Source of the DNA: Bacillota bacterium
Lineage (GTDB): Bacteria; Bacillota; Clostridia; Christensenellales; Aristaeellaceae
Direction: 5' to 3'
Length of the DNA stretch: 64,000 nucleotides
Assembly (NCBI GenBank): GCA_023425025.1
Contig: JAFADG010000045.1
Location: forward strand, 8,172 to 72,171
Position numbers and translations under genes: made by a program. A model generated the notes under the pieces. It ran no database searches. It was not told where the DNA came from and was given only the letters and a program-made list of their open reading frames with translations. This document shows, piece by piece, positions 21,599-29,841 of this stretch; within the stretch, counting starts at the first letter, position 1, and each line of letters opens with the position of its first letter.

Positions 21599-21801
21599 TG
21601 TGCCTGACTACAAAAGAAGTAAGAAGCATGTTCTTTCTATTCCGGCGCTTCCTCCGCCTGTTTTATATGCGAAAAACATTCTGTTTCTTGATTGCCTTTT
21701 TATCTGGCATGCAAAAGCGCGCACCTTGGCAGAATACAAGCAATACGCTTTAGGCCCGGAACGATGGCTATGCGGCATAGAAAGGATTCTGCCAGGCTTT
21801 T

Positions 21802-22173
21802 ATGAAACTCCTAGCGCGCGCCAAACGATTAAAAGGCGATATCCCTGCCGTATTTCTGGCGCTTTTTAAGCGGGAGACGCCATGGCCGGCGAAAGTGATC
21901 GCCTTCCTGGCGGTGGGGTATGCCTTGTCGCCCATTGATCTGATTCCAGGCTTCATCCCGGTATTGGGGTCCTTGGATGATCTGATTCTCGTGCCGGCGC
22001 TGGTGGCGCTAGCGGCGCGATGGATTCCACAGCCTGTGATGGGGAAATGCCGTGCGAAAACGCAAGCGCTGTGGAAGGATGGGAAGCATAAGTTCTGGTA
22101 TTATATCGTGCCTATGGGGATTATATTGCTATTGCTTCTTTTCTTCCTGGTAAAACAGATATTCGGATTTTGA
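21802..22173 (+). CDS. DUF1232 (YkvA-like) membrane protein
   Basis: 123 aa. GYALSPIDLIPGFIPVLGSLDDL is the DUF1232 signature as I know it. Hydrophobic C-terminal helix. Confidence 0.7.
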   Translation: MKLLARAKRLKGDIPAVFLALFKRETPWPAKVIAFLAVGYALSPIDLIPGFIPVLGSLDDLILVPALVALAARWIPQPVMGKCRAKTQALWKDGKHKFWYYIVPMGIILLLLLFFLVKQIFGF

Positions 22174-22189
22174 ATGAAGGCAACCAGTC

Positions 22190-22251
22190 ATGCAGCCTTG
22201 TGAAACTCCCTTTATCTGCATAAAGGGGCTGTCGTGCTAAGGCTGCATTTT
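22190..22251 (+). terminator. compound hairpin after the DUF1232 gene
   Basis: Outer stem ATGCAGCCTT/AAGGCTGCAT, inner stem CCCTTTAT/ATAAAGGG, then TTTTG. Confidence 0.5.
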
Positions 22252-22281
22252 GCATAATGCGATTCAAGAAGAGGGATATCA

Positions 22282-22337
22282 CGTCTTCGGACGCGACCAA
22301 AGGGCTTTCCGATCGCCCTTTGGAAACCTTCGGACGC
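22282..22337 (-). repeat. family A repeat, copy 2 (downstream of nspC)
   Basis: CGTCttcgGACGCGACCAAAGGGCTTTCCGATCGCCCTTTGGAAACCTTCGGACGC, the reverse orientation relative to copy 1. Confidence 0.85.
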
Positions 22338-22397
22338 CATCTTCTTGGATATTCATGCAGTTTGCGCTTAACATGACAGCCCTGTATTGTTGCTATC

Positions 22398-23534
22398 TTA
22401 CGACAGCCTCATCTTGAAATCCTCGTACCCAAACCTTCGCACCAGCTCGATGCCGCCATCCTCCCGCCAAAGCAATATGTCCGGCAGGTTCATGCCGTTG
22501 AAGGTATTGTTCTTCACCATGGTGTAGATGGCCATATCGCCAAACACCAGCCGGTCGCCTGTTTGAAGGGGCTCGTCAAAGGAAAAATCCCCGATCACAT
22601 CGCCAGCCAGGCATGTAGGCCCGGCCAGGCGGAAGGTGTGGGCCTTTTCCTCCGGCAACCCGGCATTCAAAAGCGGCAGGCGGTAGGGCATTTCCAGCAC
22701 GTCAGGCATGTGGCAGGTGGCGGAGGTATCCAGGATGGCGATGGGCAGGGCGTTATGCACCACGTCCATCACCGAGGTGATCAGGTATCCGGCATTCAGC
22801 GCCACGGCCTCGCCGGGCTCCAGGTATACGGTCACATCATATTTCGCGGCGAAATCCTTCACCAAGCGTACCAGCCGCAAAATGTCGTAGCCAGGCCTGG
22901 TGATATGGTGGCCGCCGCCGAAGTTGACCCACTTCATGCGGGGCAAAAATTTCCCGAACTTTTCTTCCACGGCCTGCAATGTTTCTTCCAGCGCATCGGA
23001 ATCCTGCTCGCACAGGCAGTGGAAATGCAGACCTTCCAAGCCGTGAAGAAGGTCCTCCCGGAAGTGCTCCCGCAATACCCCAAGCCGGGAGCCCGGCGCG
23101 CAAGGGTCGTAGATGTCATGCTCCTGGGTGGAATGGGCAGGATTGATGCGCATGCCGCAGGAAACGCCTGCCTTTACAGCCCTTGGCCCGAACCTTTCCC
23201 ACTGGGCGAAGGAATTGAACACGATGTGTCCGCAAAGCGAAACCACTTCGCCAAACGCGCCTTCGTCAAAAGCGGGGGAGAAGATGTGCGTCTCGCCCCC
23301 GAAATGGTCATGGCCAAGCCTGGCCTCGTTCAGGCCGCTGGCGGTGGTGCCCTGCAGGTATTCGGCCATCAGCGGGTACAGCCGGAACATGGAGAAGGCC
23401 TTTTGCGCAAGCAAAATCTTTGCGCCGCTTTCCTTTGCAACCTTTTGCAAAATCGTAAGGTTGTGCCGGATGGCCGCCTCGTCAATCAGGTAGCAGGGCG
23501 TTTTCAGTTGTGAAATATCAGGCAGGCCGCGCAT
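22398..23534 (-). CDS. nspC: carboxynorspermidine/carboxyspermidine decarboxylase
   Basis: PLP-dependent alanine-racemase-fold decarboxylase (TPCYLIDEAAIRHNL, LLAQKAFSM, TASGLNEARLG). The ATG at 23534 sits 1 nt after the upstream gene's stop; the track start at 23558 is a TTG. Confidence 0.85.
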   Translation of the reverse strand: MRGLPDISQLKTPCYLIDEAAIRHNLTILQKVAKESGAKILLAQKAFSMFRLYPLMAEYLQGTTASGLNEARLGHDHFGGETHIFSPAFDEGAFGEVVSLCGHIVFNSFAQWERFGPRAVKAGVSCGMRINPAHSTQEHDIYDPCAPGSRLGVLREHFREDLLHGLEGLHFHCLCEQDSDALEETLQAVEEKFGKFLPRMKWVNFGGGHHITRPGYDILRLVRLVKDFAAKYDVTVYLEPGEAVALNAGYLITSVMDVVHNALPIAILDTSATCHMPDVLEMPYRLPLLNAGLPEEKAHTFRLAGPTCLAGDVIGDFSFDEPLQTGDRLVFGDMAIYTMVKNNTFNGMNLPDILLWREDGGIELVRRFGYEDFKMRLS

Positions 23535-23535
23535 G

Positions 23536-24735
23536 TCAGTCCACCAAGACCGGGTCAAAGCTTTCCTGCCACGGCAGACCCCACTTGTTCAGCGCATCCA
23601 TAAAGGGATCGGGGTCGAATTGCTCCATATTGAACACGCCGGGCTTTTTCCACTGGCCGCTCATCACCAGCATGGTGCCGATCATGGCCGGCACGCCGGT
23701 GGTGTAGGATATGGCCTGGGAGCCGACCTCACGATAGCATTCCTGATGGTCGCAGATGTTGTACAGGTAATAAGTCTTGGGCTTGCCGTCCTTGATACCC
23801 CTGAAAATGCAGCCGATGTTGGTCTTGCCCTTGGTGCGGGGGCCCAGGGACGCGGGGTCGGGCAGCACGGCCTTTAAAAATTGCAGGGGGATGATCTCGC
23901 GGCCCTCGTACATAATGGGCTTGATGGAGGTCATGCCCACGTTTTCCAGGCACTTTAAGTGCGTAAGATAGCTTTGTCCGAAGGTCATGAAGAAGCGGAT
24001 ACGCTTGACGCCGGGAATGAACTTGGCCAGCGATTCAATTTCTTCGTGATGCAGCAGGTACATGTCCTTTTGGCCGATGCCCTCGAAGTTGTACTCCCGC
24101 TTGATCTCCATGGGCTCGGTCTCCACCCAGCGGCCGTTTTCCCAGAAGCTTCCCATGGCGGTGACTTCGCGAATGTTGATCTCCGGGTTGAAGTTGGTGG
24201 CAAAGGGATAGCCGTGGTCGCCGCCGTTGGCATCCAGAATGTCGATCTCGTGAATCTCGTCAAAGTGATGCTTCAAGGCGTAGGCGGAAAACACGCTGGT
24301 GACGCCGGGGTCAAAGCCGCTGCCCAGCAGCGCGGTGATGCCGGCTTCTTTAAAGCGGTCATGGTAGGCCCACTGCCACTTGTATTCAAACTTGGCGGTG
24401 TCGGTGGGCTCGTAGTTGGCGGTGTCCACGTAGTCCACTTTCGTGGCCAGGCAGGCATCCATGATGGTCAGGTCCTGGTAGGGGAGAGCCAGGTTCAACA
24501 CCACATCGGGCCGGAACGCTTCGATGAGGGCGATCAGCTCCTGCACGTTGTCGGCATCCACCTTCGCGGTGGAAATCTTGGTTTTGCCGCCGGAAAGCTT
24601 GTCCTTCAAAGCGTCGCACTTGGACTTGGTGCGGCTGGCGATCATGATTTCTTCAAACACTTCGCTGTTCTGACAGCATTTGTGGATGGCGACGCTGGCG
24701 ACGCCGCCGCAGCCGATGATGAGCGCTTTTTTCAT
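23536..24735 (-). CDS. carboxynorspermidine/carboxyspermidine dehydrogenase (saccharopine dehydrogenase family)
   Basis: MKKALIIGCGGVASVAIHKC Rossmann N-terminus, and family blocks YVDTANYEP and LGSGFDPGVTSVF. ATG at 24735 is preceded by GAGGAGG. Confidence 0.85.
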   Translation of the reverse strand: MKKALIIGCGGVASVAIHKCCQNSEVFEEIMIASRTKSKCDALKDKLSGGKTKISTAKVDADNVQELIALIEAFRPDVVLNLALPYQDLTIMDACLATKVDYVDTANYEPTDTAKFEYKWQWAYHDRFKEAGITALLGSGFDPGVTSVFSAYALKHHFDEIHEIDILDANGGDHGYPFATNFNPEINIREVTAMGSFWENGRWVETEPMEIKREYNFEGIGQKDMYLLHHEEIESLAKFIPGVKRIRFFMTFGQSYLTHLKCLENVGMTSIKPIMYEGREIIPLQFLKAVLPDPASLGPRTKGKTNIGCIFRGIKDGKPKTYYLYNICDHQECYREVGSQAISYTTGVPAMIGTMLVMSGQWKKPGVFNMEQFDPDPFMDALNKWGLPWQESFDPVLVD

Positions 24736-24779
24736 GGTGGTGACCTCCTCATGTGCATAGAGAGTGCGGAAAGGATTTC

Positions 24780-24836
24780 GCATCTGCGGATGCGACCAAA
24801 GGGCTTTCCGATCGCCCTTTGGAAACCTTCGGACGC
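24780..24836 (-). repeat. family A repeat, copy 3 (speB / dehydrogenase spacer)
   Basis: GCATCtgcgGATGCGACCAAAGGGCTTTCCGATCGCCCTTTGGAAACCTTCGGACGC. The core is identical to copy 2, but the flanking hairpin has a different sequence and keeps its pairing. Confidence 0.85.
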
Positions 24837-25020
24837 TGTCCCCCAGATGATATAGAATAATTTTTCCTTCCCTAAAACAGGGATTCTTAAGGGATATATT
24901 CCGGCTGGCTCAATCGTCGCGCCGCTACGCTACCGCTTGCGTCGCTCGTTTCACCAGCTTCCTCCGCCTCACTTTATCCGCCACAGGCGGCGTTCGGCTT
25001 CGGAACCTTTAGCGGAGAGT

Positions 25021-25043
25021 CCAGGGAGGCAGCTCCTCCCTGG
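25021..25043. other. GC-rich hairpin immediately after the speB stop
   Basis: CCAGGGAGG cagct CCTCCCTGG. No T-tract, and it lies inside the operon. Confidence 0.5.
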
Positions 25044-25048
25044 CGGGC

Positions 25049-25900
25049 TTAAAGTATCGTCAGCAGCAGTTCCCGCAGAACCTTCAGGGCGGTTGCGGTG
25101 GATGTGCCGCTTTGGTCATAGGGCGGGGAAAGCTCATTGATATCACAGGCCACCACGTTGGCGTCTTTCAGGGACAGGATGGCATTCAGCAGCTCCATGA
25201 AGGTGACGCCGCCGGCTTCCGGCGTGCCGGTGCCGGGGAAGGCGGAAGGGTCCAGCACATCCAGGTCGATGGTTACATACAGGGGCTTGCCTGCAAGCTT
25301 TTGAACCGTCTGCGCGAAGCCGTTTAAATCAAACCTGCGCATGGTCACGTGGCCCTCGTCCGCCCACTTGAATTCCGGCCTGTCGCCGGAGCGGATGCCG
25401 AACTGATAAATGCGGCCGTCGCCCAGGATGTCCCAGCAGCGCCGAAGCACCGTAGCGTGGGAAAGGGTTTCTCCCAGGTAATCCTCCCGCAAATCGGTAT
25501 GGGCGTCAAAGTGCAGTATGTGCAGGCCCGGGTACTTTTTCACCGCGGCCCGCACCGCACCCAGCGTGACCAGGTGCTCACCGCCCAGCATGACGGGAAT
25601 CTTGCTGTCGGCAAGGATGACGTCCGTCTTTTCCTCGATCTTATTGAGCGCTGCCTGCACGTTGCCGAAAGGCAAATCCAGGTCGCCGCCGTCAAACACA
25701 CTGTAATCCGTCAGGTCCTTGTCCTGGTAGGGGCTATAGGTTTCCAGGCCGTAGCTTTCCGCCCGCATGACCCGGCTGGCAAACCGCGTGCCGGGCCGAT
25801 AGGAGGTGGTGCCGTCAAAGGGCGCGCCGAAGATCACAGCCTTCGCTTCCTCATACCCGCTGTCGCAGCCCAGAAAGGTGGATATGTTTTCAGTCCACAT
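25049..25900 (-). CDS. speB: agmatinase
   Basis: Ureohydrolase Mn-site motifs LHFDAHTDL and TIDLDVLDPS. ATG at 25900 is 8 nt after GGAGGA and overlaps the speE 3' end by 11 nt. Confidence 0.88.
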   Translation of the reverse strand: MWTENISTFLGCDSGYEEAKAVIFGAPFDGTTSYRPGTRFASRVMRAESYGLETYSPYQDKDLTDYSVFDGGDLDLPFGNVQAALNKIEEKTDVILADSKIPVMLGGEHLVTLGAVRAAVKKYPGLHILHFDAHTDLREDYLGETLSHATVLRRCWDILGDGRIYQFGIRSGDRPEFKWADEGHVTMRRFDLNGFAQTVQKLAGKPLYVTIDLDVLDPSAFPGTGTPEAGGVTFMELLNAILSLKDANVVACDINELSPPYDQSGTSTATALKVLRELLLTIL

Positions 25901-26750
25901 GCTCCACATCCTCCAACAGCTTTTGCACATAGTTGGGCAGCGCAAACGCGCCGCGGTGCAGGTTGGTGTTATAGTACTTGGTATCCAGCTCCAGCTTCTT
26001 CCACTCCTTGGCCTTTAAATCCCTTACGGGATGGTATTCCTTGGAGGCGAAGCCGAACAGCCAGTACCCCGAAGGATAGCTGGGGATGTGGGCCTGGTAG
26101 ACGCGGCTGATGGGAAAGGATTCGGTGATCCGCTTATGGGCCCGCTGCATGGCCAGCGCGTCGGCGTCGTAAAAGGGGCTTTCATGCTGGTTGACCATGA
26201 TGCCGTCGTCTTTCAGCGCCTTGTAGCAGTTGCCGTAAAACTCGCGGGTGAAAAGGCCTTCTCCCGGTCCGAAGGGGTCGGTGGAGTCCACAATGATCAA
26301 ATCATACGTGCTCTCGCGGCTGCGCACGAATTTCAACCCATCCTGGTAGTGGATGTGCACCCGCGCATCATCAAAGCCGCAGGCAGTTTGGGGCAGGTAT
26401 TCCCTGCACACCTTGACCACCATTTCATCGATTTCCACCAGGTCAATGCTCTTGAGGGTTTCATAGCGGGTCAGCTCCCGCAATATGCCGCCGTCCCCCG
26501 CGCCGATCACCAGCACGTTTTCCACATTGGGATGCACCGCCATGGGCACATGGGTCAGCATTTCGTGGTAAATAAACTCATCCTTTTCGGTGAGCATCAT
26601 AAACCCGTCCAGCGTTAAAAACCTTCCGAACTCCTGCGATTCAAACACGTCGATGCGCTGGAAGGCGCTCTGGCCGCTGTACAGCTGACGATCCACCTGA
26701 ATCGAAAGCTTCACCTGAGGCGTGTGTTTTTCGGAAAACCAGAATTCCAT
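25890..26750 (-). CDS. speE: spermidine synthase (aminopropyltransferase)
   Basis: 286 aa. WFSE N-terminus, VLVIGAGDGGILREL, and DLIIVDSTDPFGPGEGLF. Confidence 0.92.
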   Translation of the reverse strand: MEFWFSEKHTPQVKLSIQVDRQLYSGQSAFQRIDVFESQEFGRFLTLDGFMMLTEKDEFIYHEMLTHVPMAVHPNVENVLVIGAGDGGILRELTRYETLKSIDLVEIDEMVVKVCREYLPQTACGFDDARVHIHYQDGLKFVRSRESTYDLIIVDSTDPFGPGEGLFTREFYGNCYKALKDDGIMVNQHESPFYDADALAMQRAHKRITESFPISRVYQAHIPSYPSGYWLFGFASKEYHPVRDLKAKEWKKLELDTKYYNTNLHRGAFALPNYVQKLLEDVEHVD

Positions 26751-26832
26751 GATGCCTCCTTCCGGGGGCGCAATCCCCAGGCCCCCGCCAAAGGGACCAG
26801 TCCCTTTGGAATTCCTATATAAATTTCACATT

Positions 26833-26890
26833 GCGGCCGAAGGTTTCCAAAGGGCAAGCGGAAAGCCCTTTGGTCGCGCCAGCAGGCGCG
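26833..26890 (+). repeat. family A repeat, copy 4 (speA / speE spacer)
   Basis: GCGGCCGAAGGTTTCCAAAGGGCAAGCGGAAAGCCCTTTGGTCGCGCCagcaGGCGCG. A related mini-hairpin CCAAAGGGAccagTCCCTTTGG lies at 26788-26809. Confidence 0.85.
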
Positions 26891-26895
26891 AAAAT

Positions 26896-28341
26896 CTATA
26901 TAACCAGAATCTGTTTCACTTCCGGGTCCTGGGTCCCGGTCAAAAAGCAGCCCTTTTCCCTTGCATAGGAAATATACCCGATGATTTCCTTTGTGATTCG
27001 CTCGCCCGGCGCCACGATGGGGATGCCGGGGGGATAGCTCATCACGTACTCCGCGGCGATGCGGTCCGTGCTATCGTTAAGGGGCAGCAGCGTTTTGTCG
27101 GCGTAAAAGGCTTCCTTGGGCGTCAGCACCACCTGGGGGCTGATATATTCGTGATCCATCAAGCCGGCACGGTCCTTCTTGAAGCGCCGGCGGATCTCGC
27201 CCAGCGCCCCGATCAGCCGCTCGATATCCTGGAAACGGTCGCCCACGGACAGGTAGGCCAGTATGTTGCCGATATCGCCAAACTCGATTTGTATATCGTA
27301 TTCATCCCGCAACAGATCAAAGACCTCGATGCCCGCCAGTCCTACATCCAGCGTGTGGGCGGCCAGCTTCGTCTCGTCAAAGTCAAACACCGTGTCGCCG
27401 TTGATCAGCTCCCGGCCATAGGCGTAATAGTCGCCGATGCTGTTGATCTCATCGCGGGCATAACGCGCCATTCCGGTGACCTTGCGGAAGATCTCCGCGC
27501 CCTGTATGGCTAGCTTGCGGCGGGAAATATCCAGGCTGGACATCAAAATGTACGATCCGCTGGTGGTCTGGGTCAGGTTGATGATCTGGCGCACATGGTT
27601 GGGGTTGACTTTGGGGCCGCACAGGAGAAAGGAGCTTTGGGTCAGCGACCCGCCGGACTTGTGCATGCTCACCGAGGCCATATCCGCACCGGCCTGCATG
27701 GCGGATACAGGCATGTTCTCGCCGAAGTAAAAGTGGGTGCCGTGGGCTTCATCCACCAGCACCAGCATACCGGCTTCGTGGGCCATGCGCACGATTTCCC
27801 GCAGGTTGGAGCAGATGCCGTAATAGGTGGGGTTGTTGACCACCACGGCCTTGGCGCCGGGGTTTTGCCGTATGGCTTCCGCCACATCATAAACGGACAT
27901 GCCCAGGGCGATACCCAGCCGCTTGTTCACCTGGGGGCTGACGTATACCGGCGTCGCGCCGGTCAATACCAGGGCGTTGATCACGCTGCGGTGGACGTTG
28001 CGGGGCACAATGATCTTTTCGCCCTGCCGGACAGAGGATAAAATCATCGCCTGCACGGCGGAGGTGGTGCCGCTGACCATAAAAAAGGCGGCGGAGGCGG
28101 AAAACGCCTGGGCCGCCAGCTCTTCCGCCTCGCGGATCACGCTGGTGGGATGCACCAGGCTGTCCACCGGCTTCATGGAGTTCACATCCATGGAGACGCA
28201 TTTTTCGCCCAGCAGAGCAACAAGTTCCGGGTTGCCCTTTCCCCGTTTGTGGCCGGGCACGTCAAAGGGAACCACCCGGTTTTTTTGCACAAATTGCAGG
28301 GCTTCCACGATGGGCGCACGGTTCTGGTCGAGCTTTGCCAT
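26896..28341 (-). CDS. speA: PLP-dependent arginine (Orn/Lys/Arg family) decarboxylase, Bacillus SpeA type
   Basis: 481 aa. FDVPGHKRG, and the PLP-lysine block SMHKSGGSLTQSS. Collinear with B. subtilis SpeA as I recall it. Confidence 0.8.
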   Translation of the reverse strand: MAKLDQNRAPIVEALQFVQKNRVVPFDVPGHKRGKGNPELVALLGEKCVSMDVNSMKPVDSLVHPTSVIREAEELAAQAFSASAAFFMVSGTTSAVQAMILSSVRQGEKIIVPRNVHRSVINALVLTGATPVYVSPQVNKRLGIALGMSVYDVAEAIRQNPGAKAVVVNNPTYYGICSNLREIVRMAHEAGMLVLVDEAHGTHFYFGENMPVSAMQAGADMASVSMHKSGGSLTQSSFLLCGPKVNPNHVRQIINLTQTTSGSYILMSSLDISRRKLAIQGAEIFRKVTGMARYARDEINSIGDYYAYGRELINGDTVFDFDETKLAAHTLDVGLAGIEVFDLLRDEYDIQIEFGDIGNILAYLSVGDRFQDIERLIGALGEIRRRFKKDRAGLMDHEYISPQVVLTPKEAFYADKTLLPLNDSTDRIAAEYVMSYPPGIPIVAPGERITKEIIGYISYAREKGCFLTGTQDPEVKQILVI

Positions 28342-28344
28342 GTG

Positions 28345-29124
28345 TCAGCCTCCTTTGCGGTATACGTTGGAGCCGGAGAAGACCTCGATCATTTCCTGCC
28401 GAAGGTTGGTGGTGATCTCCAGCCGCGTTTTGGGCGGCAGTTCGTAGATGTCGGTATTGAACAGGTAATGCTGCAGGTCTATTTCCTTGATCATCATCTT
28501 GGTGTGGAACAGGTTGGCTTGGTACACGTTGATGTCGATGGCGTCATAGTGTTCCAGGGTTTTCTTGTTGATATAGTCCTGTATGGAGGTGATGTCGTGG
28601 TCGATAAATATTTTCTTGCCCGATAAGTCCCTGGTAAAACCCCGCACCCGGTAATCCATGGTGATGATGTCAGAATCAAAGCTGCCGATCAGATAATCCA
28701 GGGTGGAAAGGGGCGTGATCTCCCCGCAGGTGGCCACATCAATATCCACCCGGAAGGTGGCCAGGGCCGTCTCGGGGTGGAATTCGGGATAGGTGTGCAC
28801 GGTGACGTGGCTCTTGTCCAGGTGGGCCACCACGGTTTCTGAATCCATGCGGGAGAGCATCGATTCCTCGGCAATGAGGAACGTGACGCTGGACCCCTGG
28901 GGGTCGTAATCCTGGGTGGATATGTTGAGCACATGGGCGCCGATCATCTCAGTCAGCTTGCGAAGGATCTCGGTCAGCCGCTCGGAGTTGTACTGCGCAT
29001 CGATATAGGCGATATAATCCCGCTGTTCCCTTGGCGTTTTGGCGTAGCATACGTCATAAATATTAAAGCTCAAGGATTTTGTCAGGTTGTTGAACCCATA
29101 CAGCGTCATCTTTTCCTGGCTCAC
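28345..29124 (-). CDS. speD: S-adenosylmethionine decarboxylase proenzyme (E. coli SpeD type)
   Basis: [23 protein letters not shown], and the self-processing site [15 protein letters not shown]. The GTG at 29124 is 8 nt after GGAGG. The track start at 29133 overlaps that Shine-Dalgarno sequence. Confidence 0.88.
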   Translation of the reverse strand: MSQEKMTLYGFNNLTKSLSFNIYDVCYAKTPREQRDYIAYIDAQYNSERLTEILRKLTEMIGAHVLNISTQDYDPQGSSVTFLIAEESMLSRMDSETVVAHLDKSHVTVHTYPEFHPETALATFRVDIDVATCGEITPLSTLDYLIGSFDSDIITMDYRVRGFTRDLSGKKIFIDHDITSIQDYINKKTLEHYDAIDINVYQANLFHTKMMIKEIDLQHYLFNTDIYELPPKTRLEITTNLRQEMIEVFSGSNVYRKGG

Positions 29125-29145
29125 GGTCGCCACCTCCCCTCAAAT

Positions 29146-29197
29146 AAAGAAAAAACGCACGAACACCGCTGCCTGCTGCACCGGATTTCTCGTGCGT
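29146..29197 (-). terminator. intrinsic-terminator-like element inside the speD leader (possible attenuator)
   Basis: Minus strand: ACGCACGA (29197-29190), a 27-nt loop, TCGTGCGT (29162-29155), then TTTTTTCTTTATTT. Ends about 20 nt before the speD Shine-Dalgarno sequence. The loop is large, so the stability is uncertain. Confidence 0.45.
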
Positions 29198-29531
29198 CAT
29201 ACGCAAACTGTAGGCTTTACGGGCATTCTTCGCCCATGTTCATACTTACAGCATACTCAGAGTCTATATAGCCTTACACTTTTAATACTCTTATTGAACA
29301 TTCACAAGTGGCTATGCCGCAGGGCATATTGGTTATAAAGTAACCAACTTATAAATTGAGCTTTTCCCGCCGTTTTGAAACGGTTCCGCTCCATCAATAA
29401 GGCAACAAAAGTTGCCAATCGGCTTAAGACCCGGCTGTCCGTATGGCCTATGCACCCCAGGGGTTTTCGTCGGGGCGGTCTTACTTGGTTTCAAACTGTA
29501 TGCATGGCCTGCATAGTCTGAAACGAACTAT

Positions 29532-29560
29532 AAAATACCATGATACTGTGCAAATGTCAA
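29532..29560 (-). promoter_or_regulatory. candidate promoter of the polyamine operon
   Basis: Minus strand reads TTGACA (29560-29555), a 17-nt spacer, then TGg TATTTT (29537-29532). This implies a leader of about 400 nt before speD. Confidence 0.5.
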
Positions 29561-29764
29561 TGGAAATTTTCGCAGATTTACAGAAGGTTTTTTTGCCGTA
29601 AAAACCGCCTGATTCCGGCCTGATAGCGGCGGATGGCAAGCCCAAAGCAAAAGGGGGCAGGTATACCGCCGGTTTAGAGGATGTAAACCGATTTTGGTTA
29701 TGGTTTTGTATATATTTTGACAGGCTGTAGTAAGCGAATCTCCATTATTTACCCGTATATACCG

Positions 29765-29793
29765 TTGCATCCAAAAGATTCCAATGGTATAAT
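29765..29793 (+). promoter_or_regulatory. sigma-70-type promoter of the methyltransferase/pirin genes
   Basis: TTGCAT, a 17-nt spacer, then TATAAT. Confidence 0.6.
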
Positions 29794-29841
29794 CTATTAT
29801 GCTGGCCCGCGCCGGCAAAAGGAGAGGTGACGCATTGCGGC

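Noticed and set aside
29125-29530. Known riboswitch classes in the speD leader (SAM-I/S-box, T-box, ykkC/guanidine-I, lysine)
   Set aside because: I looked for the conserved blocks as I remember them and did not find a coherent set. Only a short ACGGCGGGAAAAGC string loosely resembles part of the ykkC core. The leader is therefore left unclassified rather than named.
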